Below, piece after piece: positions 55,780 through 64,000 of a stretch of 64,000 nucleotides of DNA. Numbering within the stretch: the stretch's first letter is position 1; every line of letters starts with the position of its first letter. Origin of the DNA: Betaproteobacteria bacterium (GTDB taxonomy: Bacteria > Pseudomonadota > Gammaproteobacteria > Burkholderiales > SG8-39); assembly GCA_947467435.1 (NCBI GenBank), contig CANIIA010000002.1:20882-84881 (forward strand), given 5' to 3'. Made by a program: the position numbers and the translations under genes. The notes under the pieces were generated by a model, which searched no databases, was not told where the DNA came from, and was given only the letters and a program-made list of their open reading frames with translations.

Positions 55780-57236
55780 GACTGCACCCCCAAGGTGAGC
55801 GCAAACGCTTTCAAGCCTTGTTCAAAGCACGCCAGCGGTGCACGCGATACACCGGCACCCACCTGACCAACACCCGGTTGCCGATGTGCAATGCCGGTGT
55901 TAATGGCCGGTTGAATGCCTGTTTCAACCACGCGACGGACATCAATGCCTGTGGGGACACCTTCAAAATCTAGTGCAGGGATGGTCCATTTTGGATTGCG
56001 CGCAAGCGTAATTTCAGACATCGCACGCGTGAAGCCCAACGCATCGCTCGCGCCTCCTGCGCCAATAAATCCAACCACCGCCGGTGCAGCCGCCATCGCA
56101 AAGGCACCCACACCAATGGTTTCCATAATGGCTGAATCACCCATATCGGGGTTGGCGTCGGCCTCTGTGTAACCAGGAAAATACAAGCCTTGCGGCATTT
56201 CAACCGGTGCGGTGAACCACACATCCCCTGTACCGGAAAGACGCACACCAAAATCAGTGCCGTTTCGACACATCGCGGTCACCATCGTACTTCCAGCAAT
56301 GCCACGTGCGGGATCGGCAATGCTTTTACCCATCGCCATCCCAATATTCAAAAAGAACTGCTCGTTGCCCGCAATAAACGCCAACATCTTGGCGAGCGCT
56401 TCGCCATCGCTGACCACCCGCGCAAAATGCGGTGCTAACGCCCGTAACACGAGCGCTGAACACGCCACGTTGCGTTGATGCATTTCGTCGCCCATGGCCA
56501 ATCCGCGCGAAATCAACGGGATCAAATCTAATCCACCGGCGGCACGCAACGCTGCACCCAAAGCAGGACCAAACGAATCCGCTAACCAATGCAACCGATC
56601 GACCACCTCAGCATCATTTGCGCCAAAGCGCATCACCTTACCAAGGCCTTCATTGATCATGCAAAACGCGCGATTTCCAAACGTGCGGTTCTCTACGATC
56701 ATGACTGGCATCGAGCGTGTGGTCATACCGGTCATCGGACCCACGGCATCAAAATGATGATTCGGATGAAACGCCACACCGCCGTTGGCGGCTAATTTTG
56801 TTGCTGCAGCAAGATCGGGCGCCCAGCCTTCAAACACAATGGCACCCGCTACCGCGCCTTGCATTGGTCCGCACATGCGATCCCAAGTGATCGGCGGGCC
56901 TGCATGCAAAATCACGCGCTCACCTAATCCTGGAATCACTTGGCCAGCAGGCTGCACATCCACAAGGACCGGGGCGGCATCTAACATGCGTTTTAATGCT
57001 TGCGCATTGGCCTCTGCAATCTGCGTTTCATATGCCGCAAGACGCGCCAGCAACTCTGCTAACTGCCGCTGACCACCTGCAGGAGGACGCCAGTCAACTT
57101 GCACAACCGAAATTTGTTGCGCCGCCATCTCTTGCGCAAAACTGGAGAGCCCAATGTTGATCACACGCGGGGTGGCGCTAAGGAGTTGCTGAATTGCAGA
57201 CAGCGATGGTTGCTCAGGCGATTGATGGTTTGACAT
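55776..57236 (-). CDS. DUF1116 protein (YlbE/AllG-like)
   Basis: 486 aa. ATGA-type overlap with fdrA. The call rests mainly on its conserved pairing with fdrA, DUF2877 and carbamate kinase. Confidence 0.75.
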   Translation of the reverse strand: MSNHQSPEQPSLSAIQQLLSATPRVINIGLSSFAQEMAAQQISVVQVDWRPPAGGQRQLAELLARLAAYETQIAEANAQALKRMLDAAPVLVDVQPAGQVIPGLGERVILHAGPPITWDRMCGPMQGAVAGAIVFEGWAPDLAAATKLAANGGVAFHPNHHFDAVGPMTGMTTRSMPVMIVENRTFGNRAFCMINEGLGKVMRFGANDAEVVDRLHWLADSFGPALGAALRAAGGLDLIPLISRGLAMGDEMHQRNVACSALVLRALAPHFARVVSDGEALAKMLAFIAGNEQFFLNIGMAMGKSIADPARGIAGSTMVTAMCRNGTDFGVRLSGTGDVWFTAPVEMPQGLYFPGYTEADANPDMGDSAIMETIGVGAFAMAAAPAVVGFIGAGGASDALGFTRAMSEITLARNPKWTIPALDFEGVPTGIDVRRVVETGIQPAINTGIAHRQPGVGQVGAGVSRAPLACFEQGLKAFALTLGVQS

Positions 57237-57264
57237 GATGTGTTAAGTATACCGTTGCACTGCT

Positions 57265-58242
57265 ATGATCGCTACGATGAAACCGACTATTCCGCAAATT
57301 CCTGATCGTCTTGTGGTGGCGATTGGCGGCAACGCCACCCACCCCGAAAATATCCGCGGCACCACCGAGGAACAAGAGCTCGTGGCGGCTCGCGCAGCAC
57401 GCTCATTAGCACCGCTGCTGCAACGACACAACCAATTGATCCTCACACACGGTAACGGTCCGGTCGTCGGAAAAATTTTGCTGCGCCAATACTACGCACG
57501 CGAACATGTTCCTCCGATGCGCCTTGATGTGTGTGTTGCGCATAGCCAAGGCGGCATTGCACATTTGATGATGCAAGGACTCGAAGACGAGTTAAATCGC
57601 GCACAATATGATCGGCGTGTCGCCTGCGTCATTACCCGCGTCGAGGTCGATCCACAAGACCCAGGATTTTTACATCCGTCCAAACCGATTGGTCCGTTTT
57701 TTAGTGAAGAAGAAGCACGCCATCTGCAAGCGCAATTGGGCTGGAGCATGATGGAAGATGCAGGACGCGGTTGGCGATACATCGTCGCTTCACCCAGACC
57801 ACGTCGCGTGCTCGATCTTGAATTAATCGATTCGCTCTCACGTCAAGGCATTGCAGTGATTGCCGCCGGTGGTGGTGGCATTCCAGTGATCCAACGTGCA
57901 GATGGATCGCATTGCGGTGTACCGGCGGTCATCGACAAAGACTTAACTTCGGCGCATCTGGCCAATGCGCTGGGCATTGAGACGCTGATGATTTTGACGG
58001 CCGTGCAAAAAGTTGCCATTCATTTTGGTCAACCAGAGCAACAATGGTTAGACACCGTCACCGCCAGCGACATGCAACGTTACATGACTGAAGGTCATTT
58101 CGCCAAAGGCAGTATGGCGCCAAAAATCGACGCGGCACTACGCTTTCTTGCCGGTGGCGGTAAGCGCGCCATCATCGCGCATTTAGATGAAGCGTTACCC
58201 GCGATTGAAGGCAACGCCGGTACGCATGTCATCGCCGACTAA
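57265..58242 (+). CDS. Carbamate kinase (YbcF/AllK/ArcC family)
   Basis: 325 aa. Motifs LVVAIGGNA, LTHGNGPVVG, AAGGGGIPV, GSMAPKI. Alternative start at 57277. Confidence 0.92.
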   Translation: MIATMKPTIPQIPDRLVVAIGGNATHPENIRGTTEEQELVAARAARSLAPLLQRHNQLILTHGNGPVVGKILLRQYYAREHVPPMRLDVCVAHSQGGIAHLMMQGLEDELNRAQYDRRVACVITRVEVDPQDPGFLHPSKPIGPFFSEEEARHLQAQLGWSMMEDAGRGWRYIVASPRPRRVLDLELIDSLSRQGIAVIAAGGGGIPVIQRADGSHCGVPAVIDKDLTSAHLANALGIETLMILTAVQKVAIHFGQPEQQWLDTVTASDMQRYMTEGHFAKGSMAPKIDAALRFLAGGGKRAIIAHLDEALPAIEGNAGTHVIAD

Positions 58243-59083
58243 CGCGATCACGGTTCTGCATCTCACACATTGGGGACGGGCCGCAGAAGCGGCACTCACT
58301 CAGCATACGCAGGCTCAGGTGTTTGCAGTATTTCAGCGCAGCGCCTATTTAGAAACGAATGACGGTTTATGTTGTATTGGCAGCGACACGCTAGGCGAAG
58401 GGCCCTTAAATGCGTGGTGCCAATCGATGCCGCCTCTCACGGTTGGGCAAACCGTGCAACTCGATCAAGTGCATACACAGCGTTGGCCGATCGCACCGTG
58501 GCCAACATTTGCCCATCCATATTTTTCGCGCACACTCCACGCATTACAACAAGCAGCGCAAGGGCATCGACCGAACGATGGCTTTGGTGCATGGATTGAA
58601 GATCCGATCCACTGGCGTGTCCCTCAGGCCATGCACATGGCGCAGGTCGCGTGCGATGCGTTACAACAGTGGTTATCACAACCCAACGTTGCACTGCACT
58701 CAATACACGCGTTACTTGGTTTGGGTCCAGGGTTAACACCCTCGGGCGATGATCTAATTGGTGGTGTGCTCTGTGCGTTACATGCGGTGGGAGAAACGCA
58801 ACGTGCCAACCACCTCGCGCAACACGTGCTGCCGTTGGCCGAGACGCACACCAATCGCATCAGTCGCGCGCATTTGGCTTGCGCAGCACAAGGCGAATGT
58901 CGCGCCGATTTACGCAGCCTCCTGTGTGCCTTGTTACAAGCACGCACTGACTTCGCCGCGCTACTAGCAGCTGTTGATCAAATTGGACACACGTCTGGCT
59001 GGGATACGCTCGCCGGCATGGTGTTGGTATTGCATCATTACGCTCAGCAACGCCAGGAGCCAGCACAGCAACAACAGACTTAA
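58226..59083 (+). CDS. DUF2877 protein (YlbF/AllH-like)
   Basis: ORF from 58187. The first ATG at 58226 overlaps the carbamate kinase end by 17 nt. Motif LLGLGPGLTPSGDDLIGGVLCALHA typical of DUF2877. Confidence 0.75.
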   Translation: MSSPTNAITVLHLTHWGRAAEAALTQHTQAQVFAVFQRSAYLETNDGLCCIGSDTLGEGPLNAWCQSMPPLTVGQTVQLDQVHTQRWPIAPWPTFAHPYFSRTLHALQQAAQGHRPNDGFGAWIEDPIHWRVPQAMHMAQVACDALQQWLSQPNVALHSIHALLGLGPGLTPSGDDLIGGVLCALHAVGETQRANHLAQHVLPLAETHTNRISRAHLACAAQGECRADLRSLLCALLQARTDFAALLAAVDQIGHTSGWDTLAGMVLVLHHYAQQRQEPAQQQQT

Positions 59084-62000
59084 TCTGTTGCACTCGCCGA
59101 TGCGCTGGCGTATTGCACCTGAACGTTTTGTGGTGTGAGCCAAGCAACTAAGCGGCTAAACAATTCATCCTCAGGGCGCACGCGCCAGGCATCGCCAAGG
59201 TTGACTTCCACCTCAGCCTGCCCGTTGTTGTAATGCACCTGGACCGGACAACCTTCAGTGCGACTTTGCGCTCGAAATTCGTTCAGCAATTGCTTTAGGC
59301 GCGCCGCATCGGCTTGACCATTCATGGCTAAGCGTAAACGACGGGCATAGCGTAAACGCAACGTGGCCAAATCAAGAATATCTTCAGCACTCACGCGCAA
59401 TCCACCAGAAAATTCATCGCGCTGCACTTTACCTAAGACAATCAGCAAGCTGTCTTCTTTTAATTTATCGCGATGCCGATCATATAACTCACTAAACACC
59501 GTAATTTCAATCTGCGCGCTGGCATCATCGAGCATGACAACTAACATCTTGCCGCGACGCGTCATTTGCGTACGTGCCGATTGCACGATACCAGCGAGCC
59601 AGACGACCCCCTGACCCGGTGCAAGTCGTGCAAGCGGCGTGCGAGAAAAACCAGCCAGCAACGGGTCGTACACAGAAAACAAATGCCCCGAGAGGGTAAA
59701 GCCCAGCGCAACCTTTTCTTCGACGAGGCGTTGTCGCGCATCCCACGCCGGGACATTCAATAAACGCAATGACGCACTACGCGACTCCGAGGGGTCACCA
59801 AACAAACTGACCTGTGATGCTTGGCGTTCGTCTTGTTCTGCTGCTTCGATGGCCAAGCCCACACTGGCCAGGAGCGCCGCACGCTCGGTGCTTAGTGCAT
59901 CAAACGCGCCAGCGCGAATCAACGCTTCGATCACACGACGGTTCACGATACGTTTATCCACACGCCGACAAAAATCAAACAAGTCAGTAAAGGGTGCATC
60001 GCGACGCGCAAGCAATAGGTTTTGGATCGCCGACTCACCCGTGCCGCGTATACCACCCAGGCCATATCGAATCGTTTTGGTATCCACAGGCACAAAGCGG
60101 TAGTCCGAAGCGTTGACATCGGGGGGCAAGACAACCAACCCGTTAGCCAAACAATCTTCATGTAAGGCACGCACCTTGTCGGTGTCGTCCATCACGGCGG
60201 TAAAGTTCGCTGCCATAAACGCAGCCGCATGATGCGTTTTTAAATACGCTGTGTGATACGCCACCAACGCGTACGCAGCCGCATGCGATTTATTAAAACC
60301 ATAACCCGCAAAACGCTCCATGTAATCGAAGATTTCATTGGCTTTGTGGGTGTTAATATTTTTTTCTGCTGCGCCTGTGACAAAAATTTCGCGTTGCTGC
60401 GCCATCTCTTCGGGTTTTTTCTTGCCCATCGCGCGACGCAATAAGTCTGCACCCCCCAACGAATAGCCGGCACACAACTGTGCGGCCTGCATCACTTGCT
60501 CTTGATACACCATGATCCCGTAGGTAGGCGCCAAAATTGGTTCAAGCAGAGGGTGTAAGTAATCAAAACGTTTACCGTGTTTGCGATCGATGTAATCCGG
60601 GATCAGATCCATCGGACCAGGTCGATACAAGGCCACCAAGGCGATGATGTCCTCAAAGCGATCTGGACGTGCGCGACGAATCATGTCGCGCATGCCGCGC
60701 GATTCCAACTGAAACACCGCCGTCGTGTTTCCTGAAGCAAGTAATTGGTAAGTCGCGCGATCATCCAACGCGAGCGTCTGTAAATCGAGTCCTACACCAC
60801 CCATTGCATGTATATCGCGCACCGCCCAATCGAGAATGGTTAGCGTGGTGAGCCCAAGAAAATCAAACTTCACCAACCCCATCGCCTCGACATCGTCTTT
60901 GTCTAGTTGCGAGATTACGTTCTCGGTGCCCTCGGCTGCATAGAGTGGACAAAAATCGGTGAGCTTGCCGGGTGCGATCAACACACCGCCAGCATGCATT
61001 CCGACGTTACGCACCAAGCCCTCCAGCTTGCCGCCCAACGCCAGTAGCTCGCGGACTTCGTCTTCATTGCGCTCACGTTCTGCTAATAATGGTTCAGCCA
61101 ACAAGGCATCTTGTAGCGTGACTGTTTTGCCAGGCTGCACCGGAATCAAGCGCGCAATTTGATCGCAAAAACCGTAACCCAAGTCGAGCACCCGACCGGC
61201 ATCCCGCACCACCGCACGCGCAGCCATCGTGCCAAAGGTGGCGATTTGCGACACGCTCTGCGCGCCATATTTTTCACGCACATAAGCAATGACCCGGTCC
61301 CGACCTTGCTGACAAAAATCAATATCAAAGTCGGGCATCGACACGCGCTCAGGATTTAAAAAACGCTCAAACAGCAAGTCGTATTTCAAAGGATCTAAAT
61401 CCGTGATTCCCAACACATACGCCACCAACGAACCCGCCCCCGATCCACGACCCGGACCCACTGGTACGCCGTGGTTCTTTGCCCAGTTAATAAAGTCCGC
61501 CACAATCAAAAAGTAACCAGCAAACCCCATCTGTACGATGGTTTGAATTTCAAATACCAAGCGCGCGGCATAACGCGGTTCTGCCGTTGCACGTTCGGCT
61601 TCTTGCGGATACAACTGCGTTAAGCGTCGCGCTAAACCTTGCGCTGATTCACGCTCAAGGTGCGCTTCAACGCTGACGCCTTCAGGCGTTGGAAAAGCCG
61701 GTAGACGGGTGGTACCCAACTCAATTTCTAAATTACAACGACGCGCGATTTCTACTGCATTGATGAGCGCTTGCGGTAAGTCAGCAAAAAGCGCCTGCAT
61801 TTCTGCAGTACTTTTAAAATACTGATCTTCGGTGAAGTGACGTACGCGACGCTGATCGCCCAACACCTGACCTTGGGCAATACATACGCGTGCTTCATGC
61901 GCCTTAAATTCATCGGGCTGCATGAATTGCACCGGATGGGTGGCCACCACTGGAAGCTGTGTTGCTTTGGCGAGCGCTACGGTGCGTGCGACCAGGGTTT

Positions 62001-62535
62001 CACCTTGCGCAAATCCAGCGCGCTGAACTTCAAGATAGAAACGTCCCGGAAAATCTTTGGCCCACGCTTGTGCAAGCTGATGCGCCAACGTCGTTTGCTG
62101 ATCACTCAGCGCTTGTCCAATGTCGCCCAAGTGGGCGCCAGACAACGCAATCAGTCCTTCGGTGGATTCGCTAAACCAAGCTTTACGTAACTCCGCGCGG
62201 CCACGTGATTGATTTTCTAACCACGCACGAGAAAGTAAGGCGCATAAGCGCAAATAGCCCGCGTGGTTCGCTGCCAGCAACAAGATGCGCGACGGTTTTT
62301 CGCGGTCTGTTTCGTTACGCACCCAACAATCTGCGCCAATTAACGGCTTGACCCCTTTGGCGCGTGCCGCACGATAAAACTTCACCAACCCAAAGAGATT
62401 TCCTAAGTCTGTCAGCGCCAACGCTGGCATGTGATCTTCAGCCGCGCGCGCCACAGCCGCATCCAGACGCACCAAGCCATCACTCACCGAATATTCGCTG
62501 TGTAATCGCAGATGCACAAAAGCGGAGGCACTCAT
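59080..62535 (-). CDS. dnaE: DNA polymerase III alpha subunit
   Basis: ORF to 62871. Conserved PHP-domain start MSASAFVHLRLHSEYS at 62535 gives 1151 aa. Motifs GPGRGSGAGSLVAY, PDFDIDF, FNKSHAAAYAL. Confidence 0.97.
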   Translation of the reverse strand: MSASAFVHLRLHSEYSVSDGLVRLDAAVARAAEDHMPALALTDLGNLFGLVKFYRAARAKGVKPLIGADCWVRNETDREKPSRILLLAANHAGYLRLCALLSRAWLENQSRGRAELRKAWFSESTEGLIALSGAHLGDIGQALSDQQTTLAHQLAQAWAKDFPGRFYLEVQRAGFAQGETLVARTVALAKATQLPVVATHPVQFMQPDEFKAHEARVCIAQGQVLGDQRRVRHFTEDQYFKSTAEMQALFADLPQALINAVEIARRCNLEIELGTTRLPAFPTPEGVSVEAHLERESAQGLARRLTQLYPQEAERATAEPRYAARLVFEIQTIVQMGFAGYFLIVADFINWAKNHGVPVGPGRGSGAGSLVAYVLGITDLDPLKYDLLFERFLNPERVSMPDFDIDFCQQGRDRVIAYVREKYGAQSVSQIATFGTMAARAVVRDAGRVLDLGYGFCDQIARLIPVQPGKTVTLQDALLAEPLLAERERNEDEVRELLALGGKLEGLVRNVGMHAGGVLIAPGKLTDFCPLYAAEGTENVISQLDKDDVEAMGLVKFDFLGLTTLTILDWAVRDIHAMGGVGLDLQTLALDDRATYQLLASGNTTAVFQLESRGMRDMIRRARPDRFEDIIALVALYRPGPMDLIPDYIDRKHGKRFDYLHPLLEPILAPTYGIMVYQEQVMQAAQLCAGYSLGGADLLRRAMGKKKPEEMAQQREIFVTGAAEKNINTHKANEIFDYMERFAGYGFNKSHAAAYALVAYHTAYLKTHHAAAFMAANFTAVMDDTDKVRALHEDCLANGLVVLPPDVNASDYRFVPVDTKTIRYGLGGIRGTGESAIQNLLLARRDAPFTDLFDFCRRVDKRIVNRRVIEALIRAGAFDALSTERAALLASVGLAIEAAEQDERQASQVSLFGDPSESRSASLRLLNVPAWDARQRLVEEKVALGFTLSGHLFSVYDPLLAGFSRTPLARLAPGQGVVWLAGIVQSARTQMTRRGKMLVVMLDDASAQIEITVFSELYDRHRDKLKEDSLLIVLGKVQRDEFSGGLRVSAEDILDLATLRLRYARRLRLAMNGQADAARLKQLLNEFRAQSRTEGCPVQVHYNNGQAEVEVNLGDAWRVRPEDELFSRLVAWLTPQNVQVQYASASASATD

Positions 62536-62638
62536 CCTTTGAATTTTATCACTCAGGGGGCGCGTCGCTGCGCACGTCTTCAGGCCGCATTCAAACCAGT
62601 CGGGTGAGCATCGCGCGCGCCTGTTACGATGCATTGTC

Positions 62639-63553
62639 ATGCCCACACAATCCTCAACCGACGCGCACGCCGCTTTGTCGCAGCCTCGCACTGGCGTTGC
62701 ATTTGCCGCGTTGTTGGCTGGCGCAACGTGCATCGCGCTGTCGCCGATTTTTGTGCGCTTATCCGAGGCAGGTCCCACTGCAACTGCTTTTTGGCGCGTG
62801 GCGTTGGCCGTGCCTTTGTTGTGGTTGTTACGTGGCCTGGTGCTGCGACAGTCTGCCGAGGTGACACCCATTCCAATTCCAACCTACGCTTTACTCGCGG
62901 CCGGTGTTGCGTTTGCAGGCGATTTAGCGTTTTGGCATATCTCGATCAAATTTACTTCGGTGGCTAATTCAACGCTGTTGGCGAATCTTGCCGTGCTGTT
63001 TGTCACCTTTGCGGTGTGGGTGCTGTATGGTCAAAAACCCACGCGCGGTTTTACGCTTGGGCTAACGGCAGCGCTGATTGGTATTGCCATGCTTGTGGCC
63101 AGTAGCGTGCAGTTTTCATCCACCGCGCTGCTTGGTGATTTGTTGGGCGTCATTACAGCGATGTTTTATGCGTGGTACATCCTCAGCGTCAAACGCTTAC
63201 GCGATGCTGGTGTGCACACGCTGCATTTAATGGCGGTGACAACCACCATCACCGCGGTGTTATTACTTCCGGTGGCCTTGTTCAGTGGCGAAACACTCTG
63301 GCCACACAGCCTGCACGGTTGGGGCGTACTGCTGGGCATTGCGTGGATTTCTCATACCGCCGGTCAAAGCTTGATTGCTTGGGCGCTGGCGCATCTGCCC
63401 GCGGCATTTTCTTCGGTGAGTTTGTTACTGCAACCAGTGCTTGCGGGCGTGTTTGCTTGGACGCTGCTTGCCGAACCATTAAGCACACTGCAAATCGTTG
63501 GCGGCATTATTGTACTGATCGGGATCGCGCTGGCTCGACGTGCCAGCGTGTAA
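62639..63553 (+). CDS. DMT-superfamily (EamA-type) transporter
   Basis: 304 aa. About 10 hydrophobic helices in two similar halves. Confidence 0.85.
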   Translation: MPTQSSTDAHAALSQPRTGVAFAALLAGATCIALSPIFVRLSEAGPTATAFWRVALAVPLLWLLRGLVLRQSAEVTPIPIPTYALLAAGVAFAGDLAFWHISIKFTSVANSTLLANLAVLFVTFAVWVLYGQKPTRGFTLGLTAALIGIAMLVASSVQFSSTALLGDLLGVITAMFYAWYILSVKRLRDAGVHTLHLMAVTTTITAVLLLPVALFSGETLWPHSLHGWGVLLGIAWISHTAGQSLIAWALAHLPAAFSSVSLLLQPVLAGVFAWTLLAEPLSTLQIVGGIIVLIGIALARRASV

Positions 63554-63561
63554 CCGCTACG

Positions 63562-64000
63562 TTAAACCACCACCGTTTGTTCGCCCTCGCCGGCGTCAAT
63601 CTCACCGATGGTGTAGACGGTTTCACCATGTGCTGTGAGCACTTCGGTCGCGCGCGATACGTCGTCTCGTGACACCACCACTACCATGCCGATGCCACAA
63701 TTAAATACGCGATGCATTTCTTCTTCTGCGACACCACCCTCGCGCTGCAACCACTCAAATAGTGCGGGTCGTTTCCAACTCGAGGACTGAATCACTGCGC
63801 GCAGCCCAGGTTGCAAGACACGCGGCACATTCCCGGTGATACCACCACCAGTAATGTGCGCCATCCCCTTGACCGTCAGTGTCTGCATTAAGGCGAGTAG
63901 CGATTTCACGTAAATGCGGGTCGGTGCCATGATCACTTCAGCCAATGGCCGGTCGTCAAACGCTGCCTGTAAATCGGGTTGCGCGCGATCAATAATTTTT
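63562..64000 (-). CDS. purM: Phosphoribosylformylglycinamidine cyclo-ligase (AIR synthetase), C-terminal part, truncated by the window edge
   Basis: Motifs [18 protein letters not shown] and [12 protein letters not shown]. The reading frame stays open to position 64000. Confidence 0.9.
   Translation of the reverse strand, partial: KIIDRAQPDLQAAFDDRPLAEVIMAPTRIYVKSLLALMQTLTVKGMAHITGGGITGNVPRVLQPGLRAVIQSSSWKRPALFEWLQREGGVAEEEMHRVFNCGIGMVVVVSRDDVSRATEVLTAHGETVYTIGEIDAGEGEQTVVV

Noticed and set aside
62536-62871. 112-codon N-terminal extension of the dnaE ORF, and the plus-strand ORFs at 62364-62864 and 62629-62967
   Set aside because: The extension is Cys/Arg/Ala-rich and runs across the start of the divergent DMT transporter gene. 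The conserved PHP-domain start MSASAFVHLRLHSEYS is at 62535.

Overview
This 64-kb window looks like chromosomal DNA from a Burkholderiales-type betaproteobacterium. That is inferred from gene content only: two orphan Bug/TctC solute receptors, a czcCBA-like efflux operon, dcd next to an Orn/Lys/Arg decarboxylase, thyA-folA and divergent pmbA/yjgA. The species cannot be named. About 57 protein-coding genes are supportable. By eye there is no rRNA, tRNA, CRISPR array, transposase or integrase.

Layout:
- 0.1-11.5 kb: a sensor kinase/response regulator pair, an orphan ACP-ketosynthase-thioester reductase cassette, a second closely related response regulator, and czcCBA.
- 11.7-40.5 kb: a dense catabolic region with three different molybdoenzyme systems. 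These are a form-II coxSLM-type cluster, a signal-less DMSO-reductase-family enzyme with a fused FeS/membrane-anchor subunit, and an M-S-L-ordered molybdenum hydroxylase with coxD-E-G accessory genes. The region also holds two acyl-CoA ligases, a Cys-less thiolase-fold protein with its DUF35 partner, a hotdog thioesterase, a Rieske oxygenase alpha/beta pair, an amidohydrolase-2 decarboxylase and a LysR regulator.
- 40.5-64 kb: mainly housekeeping genes (dsbA-like, pmbA, yjgA, mogA, esterase, thyA, folA, decarboxylase, dcd, apbC/mrp, metG, SulP, dnaE, DMT, purM). A fdrA/DUF1116/DUF2877/carbamate-kinase module is also here.

Best candidates for something not yet described:
1. The CoA ligase / thioesterase / cytoplasmic Mo-oxidoreductase / fused FeS-anchor operon, divergent from an Ltp2-like (non-thiolytic) thiolase-fold/DUF35/ligase operon.
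2. The three-gene ACP-KS-reductase cassette bracketed by two directly oriented paralogous response-regulator genes, behind a 10-bp-phased TTTG array.
3. The M-S-L molybdenum hydroxylase, which carries neither CO-dehydrogenase active-site signature, together with its downstream decarboxylase/flavoprotein genes.
4. A 23-bp x 5.3 tandem repeat beside an AT-rich tract in a 420-bp gene-free gap.

All functional calls rest on motif reading and by-eye alignment. No database search was run.
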